Of a DNA stretch of 64,000 bases, positions 34,301 through 46,300 are shown piece by piece; the stretch's first letter is position 1, and every line of letters starts with the position of its first letter. The notes beneath the pieces were generated by a model. The model had not been told where the DNA came from, made no database searches, and saw nothing but the letters and a program-made list of their open reading frames with translations. The DNA is from Trypanosoma brucei (taxonomy: Eukaryota), in NCBI GenBank assembly GCA_000002445.1, contig AL929603.2:416001-480000 (forward strand), in the 5' to 3' direction. Position numbers and translations under genes: made by a program.

Positions 34301-37300
34301 CATGGACGAGGCACCATGCGCCCCGGAGGACTTCCTAGCGGAGGAATCCCAGCAACACACTGCGAGGAGTGAAGCTGACATTGATGAAGAGCAGCAGCCG
34401 CAGGAGCAGCAAACCGAAGCCATCATGGACGAGGCACCATGCGCCCCGGAGGACTTCCTAGCGGAGGAATCCCAGCAACACACTGCGAGGAGTGAAGCTG
34501 ACATTGATGAAGAGCAGCAGCCGCAGGAGCAGCAAACCGAAGCCATCATGGACGAGGCACCATGCGCCCCGGAGGACTTCCTAGCGGAGGAATCCCAGCA
34601 ACACACTGCGAGGAGTGAAGCTGACATTGATGAAGAGCAGCAGCCGCAGGAGCAGCAAACCGAAACCATCATGGACGAGGCACCATGCGCCCCGGAGGAC
34701 TTCCTAGCGGAGGAATCCCAGCAACACACTGCGAGGAGTGAAGCTGACATTGATGAAGAGCAGCAGCCGCAGGAGCAGCAAACCGAAACCATCATGGACG
34801 AGGCACCATGCGCCCCGGAGGACTTCCTAGCGGAGGAATCCCAGCAACACACTGCGAGGAGTGAAGCTGACATTGATGAAGAGCAGCAGCCGCAGGAGCA
34901 GCAAACCGAAACCATCATGGACGAGGCACCATGCGCCCCGGAGGACTTCCTAGCGGAGGAATCCCAGCAACACACTGCGAGGAGTGAAGCTGACATTGAT
35001 GAAGAGCAGCAGCCGCAGGAGCAGCAAACCGAAACCATCATGGACGAGGCACCATGCGCCCCGGAGGACTTCATAGCGGAGGAATCCCAGCAACACACTG
35101 CGAGGAGTGAAGCTGACATTGATGAAGAGCAGCAGCCGCAGGAGCAGCAAACCGAAGCCATCATGGACGAGGCACCATGCGCCCCGGAGGACTTCATAGC
35201 GGAGGAATCCCAGCAACACACTGCGAGGAGTGAAGCTGACATTGATGAAGAGCAGCAGCCGCAGGAGCAGCAAACCGAAACCATCATGGACGAGGCACCA
35301 TGCGCCCCGGAGGACTTCATAGCGGAGGAATCCCAGCAACACACTGCGAGGAGTGAAGCTGACATTGATGAAGAGCAGCAGCCGCAGGAGCAGCAAACCG
35401 AAACCATCATGGACGAGGCACCATGCGCCCCGGAGGACTTCCTAGCGGAGGAATCCCAGCAACACACTGCGAGGAGTGAAGCTGACATTGATGAAGAGCA
35501 GCAGCCGCAGGAGCAGCAAACCGAAACCATCATGGACGAGGCACCATGCGCCCCGGAGGACTTCCTAGCGGAGGAATCCCAGCAACACACTGCGAGGAGT
35601 GAAGCTGACATTGATGAAGAGCAGCAGCCGCAGGAGCAGCAAACCGAAACCATCATGGACGAGGCACCATGCGCCCCGGAGGACTTCCTAGCGGAGGAAT
35701 CCCAGCAACACACTGCGAGGAGTGAAGCTGACATTGATGAAGAGCAGCAGCCGCAGGAGCAGCAAACCGAAACCATCATGGACGAGGCACCATGCGCCCC
35801 GGAGGACTTCCTAGCGGAGGAATCCCAGCAACACACTGCGAGAAGTGAAGCTGACATTGATGAAGAGCAGCAGCCGCAGGAGCAGCAAACCGAAACCATC
35901 ATGGACGAGGCACCATGCGCCCCGGAGGACTTCCTAGCGGAGGAATCCCAGCAACACACTGCGAGAAGTGAAGCTGACATTGATGTAGAGCAGCAGCCGC
36001 AGGAGCAGCAAACCGAAACCATCATGGACGAGGCACCATGCGCCCCGGAGGACTTCCTAGCGGAGGAATCCCAGCAACACACTGCGAGAAGTGAAGCTGA
36101 CATTGATGAAGAGCAGCAGCCGCAGGAGCAGCAAACCGAAACCATCATGGACGAGGCACCATGCGCCCCGGAGGACTTCCTAGCGGAGGAATCCCAGCAA
36201 CACACTGCGAGAAGTGAAGCTGACATTGATGAAGAGCAGCAGCCGCAGGAGCAGCAAACCGAAACCATCATGGACGAGGCACCATGCGCCCCGGAGGACT
36301 TCCTAGCGGAGGAATCCCAGCAACACACTGCGAGGAGTGAAGCTGACATTGATGAAGAGCAGCAGCCGCAGGAGCAGCAAACCGAAACCATCATGGACGA
36401 GGCACCATGCGCCCCGGAGGACTTCCTAGCGGAGGAATCCCAGCAACACACTGCGAGGAGTGAAGCTGACATTGATGAAGAGCAGCAGCCGCAGGAGCAG
36501 CAAACCGAAACCATCATGGACGAGGCACCATGCGCCCCGGAGGACTTCCTAGCGGAGGAATCCCAGCAACACACTGCGAGGAGTGAAGCTGACATTGATG
36601 AAGAGCAGCAGCCGCAGGAGCAGCAAACCGAAACCATCATGGACGAGGCACCATGCGCCCCGGAGGACTTCATAGCGGAGGAATCCCAGCAACACACTGC
36701 GAGGAGTGAAGCTGACATTGATGAAGAGCAGCAGCCGCAGGAGCAGCAAACCGAAACCATCATGGACGAGGCACCATGCGCCCCGGAGGACTTCATAGCG
36801 GAGGAATCCCAGCAACACACTGCGAGGAGTGAAGCTGACATTGATGAAGAGCAGCAGCCGCAGGAGCAGCAAACCGAAACCATCATGGACGAGGCACCAT
36901 GCGCCCCGGAGGACTTCCTAGCGGAGGAATCCCAGCAACACACTGCGAGGAGTGAAGCTGACATTGATGAAGAGCAGCAGCCGCAGGAGCAGCAAACCGA
37001 AACCATCATGGACGAGGCACCATGCGCCCCGGAGGACTTCCTAGCGGAGGAATCCCAGCAACACACTGCGAGGAGTGAAGCTGACATTGATGAAGAGCAG
37101 CAGCCGCAGGAGCAGCAAACCGAAACCATCATGGACGAGGCACCATGCGCTCCGGAGGACTTCCTAGCGGAGGAATCCCAGCAACACACTGCGAGGAGTG
37201 AAGCTGACATTGATGAAGAGCAGCAGCCGCAGGAGCAGCAAACCGAAACCATCATGGACGAGGCACCATGCGCCCCGGAGGACTTCCTAGCGGAGGAATC

Positions 37301-40300
37301 CCAGCAACACACTGCGAGGAGTGAAGCTGACATTGATGAAGAGCAGCAGCCGCAGGAGCAGCAAACCGAAACCATCATGGACGAGGCACCATGCGCCCCG
37401 GAGGACTTCCTAGCGGAGGAATCCCAGCAACACACTGCGAGGAGTGAAGCTGACATTGATGAAGAGCAGCAGCCGCAGGAGCAGCAAACCGAAACCATCA
37501 TGGACGAGGCACCATGCGCCCCGGAGGACTTCCTAGCGGAGGAATCCCAGCAACACACTGCGAGGAGTGAAGCTGACATTGATGAAGAGCAGCAGCCGCA
37601 GGAGCAGCAAACCGAAGCCATCATGGACGAGGCACCATGCGCCCCGGAGGACTTCCTAGCGGAGGAATCCCAGCAACACACTGCGAGGAGTGAAGCTGAC
37701 ATTGATGAAGAGCAGCAGCCGCAGGAGCAGCAAACCGAAGCCATCATGGACGAGGCACCATGCGCCCCGGAGGACTTCCTAGCGGAGGAATCCCAGCAAC
37801 ACACTGCGAGGAGTGAAGCTGACATTGATGAAGAGCAGCAGCCGCAGGAGCAGCAAACCGAAGCCATCATGGACGAGGCACCATGCGCCCCGGAGGACTT
37901 CCTAGCGGAGGAATCCCAGCAACACACTGCGAGAAGTGAAGCTGACATTGATGAAGAGCAGCAGCCGCAGGAGCAGCAAACCGAAACCATCATGGACGAG
38001 GCACCATGCGCCCCGGAGGACTTCCTAGCGGAGGAATCCCAGCAACACACTGCGAGAAGTGAAGCTGACATTGATGAAGAGCAGCAGCCGCAGGAGCAGC
38101 AAACCGAAACCATCATGGACGAGGCACCATGCGCCCCGGAGGACTTCCTAGCGGAGGAATCCCAGCAACACACTGCGAGGAGTGAAGCTGACATTGATGA
38201 AGAGCAGCAGCCGCAGGAGCAGCAAACCGAAACCATCATGGACGAGGCACCATGCGCCCCGGAGGACTTCCTAGCGGAGGAATCCCAGCAACACACTGCG
38301 AGAAGTGAAGCTGACATTGATGAAGAGCAGCAGCCGCAGGAGCAGCAAACCGAAACCATCATGGACGAGGCACCATGCGCCCCGGAGGACTTCCTAGCGG
38401 AGGAATCCCAGCAACACACTGCGAGAAGTGAAGCTGACATTGATGAAGAGCAGCAGCCGCAGGAGCAGCAAACCGAAACCATCATGGACGAGGCACCATG
38501 CGCCCCGGAGGACTTCCTAGCGGAGGAATCCCAGCAACACACTGCGAGGAGTGAAGCTGACATTGATGAAGAGCAGCAGCCGCAGGAGCAGCAAACCGAA
38601 ACCATCATGGACGAGGCACCATGCGCCCCGGAGGACTTCCTAGCGGAGGAATCCCAGCAACACACTGCGAGGAGTGAAGCTGACATTGATGAAGAGCAGC
38701 AGCCGCAGGAGCAGCAAACCGAAACCATCATGGACGAGGCACCATGCGCCCCGGAGGACTTCCTAGCGGAGGAATCCCAGCAACACACTGCGAGAAGTGA
38801 AGCTGACATTGATGAAGAGCAGCAGCCGCAGGAGCAGCAAACCGAAACCATCATGGACGAGGCACCATGCGCCCCGGAGGACTTCCTAGCGGAGGAATCC
38901 CAGCAACACACTGCGAGGAGTGAAGCTGACATTGATGAAGAGCAGCAGCCGCAGGAGCAGCAAACCGAAACCATCATGGACGAGGCACCATGCGCCCCGG
39001 AGGACTTCCTAGCGGAGGAATCCCAGCAACACACTGCGAGGAGTGAAGCTGACATTGATGAAGAGCAGCAGCCGCAGGAGCAGCAAACCGAACCCATCAT
39101 GGACGAGGCACCATGCGCCCCGGAGGACTTCCTAGCGGAGGAATCCCAGCAACACACTGCGAGGAGTGAAGCTGACATTGATGAAGAGCAGCAGCCGCAG
39201 GAGCAGCAAACCGAAGCCATCATGGACGAGGCACCATGCGCCCCGGAGGACTTCCTAGCGGAGGAATCCCAGCAACACACTGCGAGGAGTGAAGCTGACA
39301 TTGATGAAGAGCAGCAGCCGCAGGAGCAGCAAACCGAAGCCATCATGGACGAGGCACCATGCGCCCCGGAGGACTTCCTAGCGGAGGAATCCCAGCAACA
39401 CACTGCGAGGAGTGAAGCTGACATTGATGAAGAGCAGCAGCCGCAGGAGCAGCAAACCGAAGCCATCATGGACGAGGCACCATGCGCCCCGGAGGACTTC
39501 CTAGCGGAGGAATCCCAGCAACACACTGCGAGGAGTGAAGCTGACATTGATGAAGAGCAGCAGCCGCAGGAGCAGCAAACCGAAACCATCATGGACGAGG
39601 CACCATGCGCCCCGGAGGACTTCCTAGCGGAGGAATCCCAGCAACACACTGCGAGGAGTGAAGCTGACATTGATGAAGAGCAGCAGCCGCAGGAGCAGCA
39701 AACCGAAACCATCATGGACGAGGCACCATGCGCCCCGGAGGACTTCCTAGCGGAGGAATCCCAGCAACACACTGCGAGGAGTGAAGCTGACATTGATGAA
39801 GAGCAGCAGCCGCAGGAGCAGCAAACCGAAACCATCATGGACGAGGCACCATGCGCCCCGGAGGACTTCCTAGCGGAGGAATCCCAGCAACACACTGCGA
39901 GGAGTGAAGCTGACATTGATGAAGAGCAGCAGCCGCAGGAGCAGCAAACCGAAGCCATCATGGACGAGGCACCATGCGCCCCGGAGGACTTCATAGCGGA
40001 GGAATCCCAGCAACACACTGCGAGGAGTGAAGCTGACATTGATGAAGAGCAGCAGCCGCAGGAGCAGCAAACCGAAACCATCATGGACGAGGCACCATGC
40101 GCCCCGGAGGACTTCCTAGCGGAGGAATCCCAGCAACACACTGCGAGGAGTGAAGCTGACATTGATGAAGAGCAGCAGCCGCAGGAGCAGCAAACCGAAA
40201 CCATCATGGACGAGGCACCATGCGCCCCGGAGGACTTCCTAGCGGAGGAATCCCAGCAACACACTGCGAGAAGTGAAGCTGACATTGATGTAGAGCAGCA

Positions 40301-43300
40301 GCCGCAGGAGCAGCAAACCGAAACCATCATGGACGAGGCACCATGCGCCCCGGAGGACTTCCTAGCGGAGGAATCCCAGCAACACACTGCGAGAAGTGAA
40401 GCTGACATTGATGAAGAGCAGCAGCCGCAGGAGCAGCAAACCGAAACCATCATGGACGAGGCACCATGCGCCCCGGAGGACTTCCTAGCGGAGGAATCCC
40501 AGCAACACACTGCGAGGAGTGAAGCTGACATTGATGAAGAGCAGCAGCCGCAGGAGCAGCAAACCGAAACCATCATGGACGAGGCACCATGCGCCCCGGA
40601 GGACTTCCTAGCGGAGGAATCCCAGCAACACACTGCGAGAAGTGAAGCTGACATTGATGAAGAGCAGCAGCCGCAGGAGCAGCAAACCGAAACCATCATG
40701 GACGAGGCACCATGCGCCCCGGAGGACTTCCTAGCGGAGGAATCCCAGCAACACACTGCGAGGAGTGAAGCTGACATTGATGAAGAGCAGCAGCCGCAGG
40801 AGCAGCAAACCGAAACCATCATGGACGAGGCACCATGCGCCCCGGAGGACTTCCTAGCGGAGGAATCCCAGCAACACACTGCGAGGAGTGAAGCTGACAT
40901 TGATGAAGAGCAGCAGCCGCAGGAGCAGCAAACCGAAACCATCATGGACGAGGCACCATGCGCCCCGGAGGACTTCCTAGCGGAGGAATCCCAGCAACAC
41001 ACTGCGAGGAGTGAAGCTGACATTGATGAAGAGCAGCAGCCGCAGGAGCAGCAAACCGAAACCATCATGGACGAGGCACCATGCGCCCCGGAGGACTTCC
41101 TAGCGGAGGAATCCCAGCAACACACTGCGAGGAGTGAAGCTGACATTGATGAAGAGCAGCAGCCGCAGGAGCAGCAAACCGAAACCATCATGGACGAGGC
41201 ACCATGCGCCCCGGAGGACTTCCTAGCGGAGGAATCCCAGCAACACACTGCGAGGAGTGAAGCTGACATTGATGAAGAGCAGCAGCCGCAGGAGCAGCAA
41301 ACCGAAGCCATCATGGACGAGGCACCATGCGCCCCGGAGGACTTCCTAGCGGAGGAATCCCAGCAACACACTGCGAGGAGTGAAGCTGACATTGATGAAG
41401 AGCAGCAGCCGCAGGAGCAGCAAACCGAAGCCATCATGGACGAGGCACCATGCGCCCCGGAGGACTTCCTAGCGGAGGAATCCCAGCAACACACTGCGAG
41501 GAGTGAAGCTGACATTGATGAAGAGCAGCAGCCGCAGGAGCAGCAAACCGAAGCCATCATGGACGAGGCACCATGCGCCCCGGAGGACTTCATAGCGGAG
41601 GAATCCCAGCAACACACTGCGAGGAGTGAAGCTGACATTGATGAAGAGCAGCAGCCGCAGGAGCAGCAAACCGAAACCATCATGGACGAGGCACCATGCG
41701 CCCCGGAGGACTTCATAGCGGAGGAATCCCAGCAACACACTGCGAGGAGTGAAGCTGACATTGATGAAGAGCAGCAGCCGCAGGAGCAGCAAACCGAAAC
41801 CATCATGGACGAGGCACCATGCGCCCCGGAGGACTTCCTAGCGGAGGAATCCCAGCAACACACTGCGAGAAGTGAAGCTGACATTGATGAAGAGCAGCAG
41901 CCGCAGGAGCAGCAAACCGAAACCATCATGGACGAGGCACCATGCGCCCCGGAGGACTTCCTAGCGGAGGAATCCCAGCAACACACTGCGAGGAGTGAAG
42001 CTGACATTGATGAAGAGCAGCAGCCGCAGGAGCAGCAAACCGAAACCATCATGGACGAGGCACCATGCGCCCCGGAGGACTTCCTAGCGGAGGAATCCCA
42101 GCAACACACTGCGAGAAGTGAAGCTGACATTGATGAAGAGCAGCAGCCGCAGGAGCAGCAAACCGAAACCATCATGGACGAGGCACCATGCGCCCCGGAG
42201 GACTTCCTAGCGGAGGAATCCCAGCAACACACTGCGAGGAGTGAAGCTGACATTGATGAAGAGCAGCAGCCGCAGGAGCAGCAAACCGAAACCATCATGG
42301 ACGAGGCACCATGCGCTCCGGAGGACTTCCTAGCGGAGGAATCCCAGCAACACACTGCGAGGAGTGAAGCTGACATTGATGAAGAGCAGCAGCCGCAGGA
42401 GCAGCAAACCGAAACCATCATGGACGAGGCACCATGCGCCCCGGAGGACTTCCTAGCGGAGGAATCCCAGCAACACACTGCGAGGAGTGAAGCTGACATT
42501 GATGAAGAGCAGCAGCCGCAGGAGCAGCAAACCGAAACCATCATGGACGAGGCACCATGCGCCCCGGAGGACTTCCTAGCGGAGGAATCCCAGCAACACA
42601 CTGCGAGGAGTGAAGCTGACATTGATGAAGAGCAGCAGCCGCAGGAGCAGCAAACCGAAACCATCATGGACGAGGCACCATGCGCTCCGGAGGACTTCCT
42701 AGCGGAGGAATCCCAGCAACACACTGCGAGGAGTGAAGCTGACATTGATGAAGAGCAGCAGCCGCAGGAGCAGCAAACCGAAACCATCATGGACGAGGCA
42801 CCATGCGCTCCGGAGGACTTCCTAGCGGAGGAATCCCAGCAACACACTGCGAGGAGTGAAGCTGACATTGATGAAGAGCAGCAGCCGCAGGAGCAGCAAA
42901 CCGAAACCATCATGGACGAGGCACCATGCGCTCCGGAGGACTTCCTAGCGGAGGAATCCCAGCAACACACTGCGAGGAGTGAAGCTGACATTGATGAAGA
43001 GCAGCAGCCGCAGGAGCAGCAAACCGAAACCATCATGGACGAGGCACCATGCGCCCCGGAGGACTTCCTAGCGGAGGAATCCCAGCAACACACTGCGAGG
43101 AGTGAAGCTGACATTGATGAAGAGCAGCAGCCGCAGGAGCAGCAAACCGAAACCATCATGGACGAGGCACCATGCGCCCCGGAGGACTTCATAGCGGAGG
43201 AATCCCAGCAACACACTGCGAGGAGTGAAGCTGACATTGATGAAGAGCAGCAGCCGCAGGAGCAGCAAACCGAAACCATCATGGACGAGGCACCATGCGC

Positions 43301-46300
43301 CCCGGAGGACTTCATAGCGGAGGAATCCCAGCAACACACTGCGAGGAGTGAAGCTGACATTGATGAAGAGCAGCAGCCGCAGGAGCAGCAAACCGAAACC
43401 ATCATGGACGAGGCACCATGCGCCCCGGAGGACTTCATAGCGGAGGAATCCCAGCAACACACTGCGAGGAGTGAAGCTGACATTGATGAAGAGCAGCAGC
43501 CGCAGGAGCAGCAAACCGAAACCATCATGGACGAGGCACCATGCGCCCCGGAGGACTTCATAGCGGAGGAATCCCAGCAACACACTGCGAGGAGTGAAGC
43601 TGACATTGATGAAGAGCAGCAGCCGCAGGAGCAGCAAACCGAAACCATCATGGACGAGGCACCATGCGCCCCGGAGGACTTCATAGCGGAGGAATCCCAG
43701 CAACACACTGCGAGGAGTGAAGCTGACATTGATGAAGAGCAGCAGCCGCAGGAGCAGCAAACCGAAGCCATCATGGACGAGGCACCATGCGCTCCGGAGG
43801 ACTTCATAGCGGAGGAATCCCAGCAACACACTGCGAGGAGTGAAGCTGACATTGATGAAGAGCAGCAGCCGCAGGAGCAGCAAACCGAAGCCATCATGGA
43901 CGAGGCACCATGCGCCCCGGAGGACTTCCTAGCGGAGGAATCCCAGCAACACACTGCGAGGAGTGAAGCTGACATTGATGAAGAGCAGCAGCCGCAGGAG
44001 CAGCAAACCGAAACCATCATGGACGAGGCACCATGCGCCCCGGAGGACTTCCTAGCGGAGGAATCCCAGCAACACACTGCGAGGAGTGAAGCTGACATTG
44101 ATGAAGAGCAGCAGCCGCAGGAGCAGCAAACCGAAACCATCATGGACGAGGCACCATGCGCCCCGGAGGACTTCATAGCGGAGGAATCCCAGCAACACAC
44201 TGCGAGGAGTGAAGCTGACATTGATGAAGAGCAGCAGCCGCAGGAGCAGCAAACCGAAACCATCATGGACGAGGCACCATGCGCCCCGGAGGACTTCCTA
44301 GCGGAGGAATCCCAGCAACACACTGCGAGGAGTGAAGCTGACATTGATGAAGAGCAGCAGCCGCAGGAGCAGCAAACCGAAACCATCATGGACGAGGCAC
44401 CATGCGCCCCGGAGGACTTCCTAGCGGAGGAATCCCAGCAACACACTGCGAGGAGTGAAGCTGACATTGATGAAGAGCAGCAGCCGCAGGAGCAGCAAAC
44501 CGAAACCATCATGGACGAGGCACCATGCGCTCCGGAGGACTTCCTAGCGGAGGAATCCCAGCAACACACTGCGAGGAGTGAAGCTGACATTGATGAAGAG
44601 CAGCAGCCGCAGGAGCAGCAAACCGAAACCATCATGGACGAGGCACCATGCGCCCCGGAGGACTTCCTAGCGGAGGAATCCCAGCAACACACTGCGAGGA
44701 GTGAAGCTGACATTGATGAAGAGCAGCAGCCGCAGGAGCAGCAAACCGAAGCCATCATGGACGAGGCACCATGCGCCCCGGAGGACTTCCTAGCGGAGGA
44801 ATCCCAGCAACACACTGCGAGGAGTGAAGCTGACATTGATGAAGAGCAGCAGCCGCAGGAGCAGCAAACCGAAGCCATCATGGACGAGGCACCATGCGCC
44901 CCGGAGGACTTCCTAGCGGAGGAATCCCAGCAACACACTGCGAGGAGTGAAGCTGACATTGATGAAGAGCAGCAGCCGCAGGAGCAGCAAACCGAAACCA
45001 TCATGGACGAGGCACCATGCGCTCCGGAGGACTTCCTAGCGGAGGAATCCCAGCAACACACTGCGAGGAGTGAAGCTGACATTGATGAAGAGCAGCAGCC
45101 GCAGGAGCAGCAAACCGAAGCCATCATGGACGAGGCACCATGCGCCCCGGAGGACTTCCTAGCGGAGGAATCCCAGCAACACACTGCGAGGAGTGAAGCT
45201 GACATTGATGAAGAGCAGCAGCCGCAGGAGCAGCAAACCGAAACCATCATGGACGAGGCACCATGCGCCCCGGAGGACTTCCTAGCGGAGGAATCCCAGC
45301 AACACACTGCGAGGAGTGAAGCTGACATTGATGAAGAGCAGCAGCCGCAGGAGCAGCAAACCGAAACCATCATGGACGAGGCACCATGCGCCCCGGAGGA
45401 CTTCATAGCGGAGGAATCCCAGCAACACACTGCGAGGAGTGAAGCTGACATTGATGAAGAGCAGCAGCCGCAGGAGCAGCAAACCGAAACCATCATGGAC
45501 GAGGCACCATGCGCCCCGGAGGACTTCATAGCGGAGGAATCCCAGCAACACACTGCGAGGAGTGAAGCTGACATTGATGAAGAGCAGCAGCCGCAGGAGC
45601 AGCAAACCGAAACCATCATGGACGAGGCACCATGCGCCCCGGAGGACTTCCTAGCGGAGGAATCCCAGCAACACACTGCGAGGAGTGAAGCTGACATTGA
45701 TGAAGAGCAGCAGCCGCAGGAGCAGCAAACCGAAACCATCATGGACGAGGCACCATGCGCCCCGGAGGACTTCCTAGCGGAGGAATCCCAGCAACACACT
45801 GCGAGGAGTGAAGCTGACATTGATGAAGAGCAGCAGCCGCAGGAGCAGCAAACCGAAACCATCATGGACGAGGCACCATGCGCTCCGGAGGACTTCCTAG
45901 CGGAGGAATCCCAGCAACACACTGCGAGGAGTGAAGCTGACATTGATGAAGAGCAGCAGCCGCAGGAGCAGCAAACCGAAACCATCATGGACGAGGCACC
46001 ATGCGCTCCGGAGGACTTCCTAGCGGAGGAATCCCAGCAACACACTGCGAGGAGTGAAGCTGACATTGATGAAGAGCAGCAGCCGCAGGAGCAGCAAACC
46101 GAAACCATCATGGACGAGGCACCATGCGCTCCGGAGGACTTCCTAGCGGAGGAATCCCAGCAACACACTGCGAGGAGTGAAGCTGACATTGATGATGAGC
46201 TAGGTAAGATTGTGAATCTGTTTATAGTGGAAGAGAAGTGTAGAAGGAGTATTATTGAAGATACTGAGTTTTGTATGCGTAATATTTTCTCCGACGTTTT

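Noticed and set aside
26832-45605. Series of small minus-strand ORFs (MLLLRLLLFINVSFTPRSVLLGFLR..., 66-271 aa) inside the array
   Set aside because: Each starts at an ATG created on the antisense strand by the sense cta-to-ata (Leu-to-Ile) variant. They merely mark variant units and are not genes.
26585-46189. 6534-aa minus-strand ORF spanning the repeat array
   Set aside because: It is an antisense frame kept open only because the 123-bp unit lacks stops in that frame. It has no unique coding flanks and ends in poly-T/Phe codons at the array edge. All real genes here are + strand.
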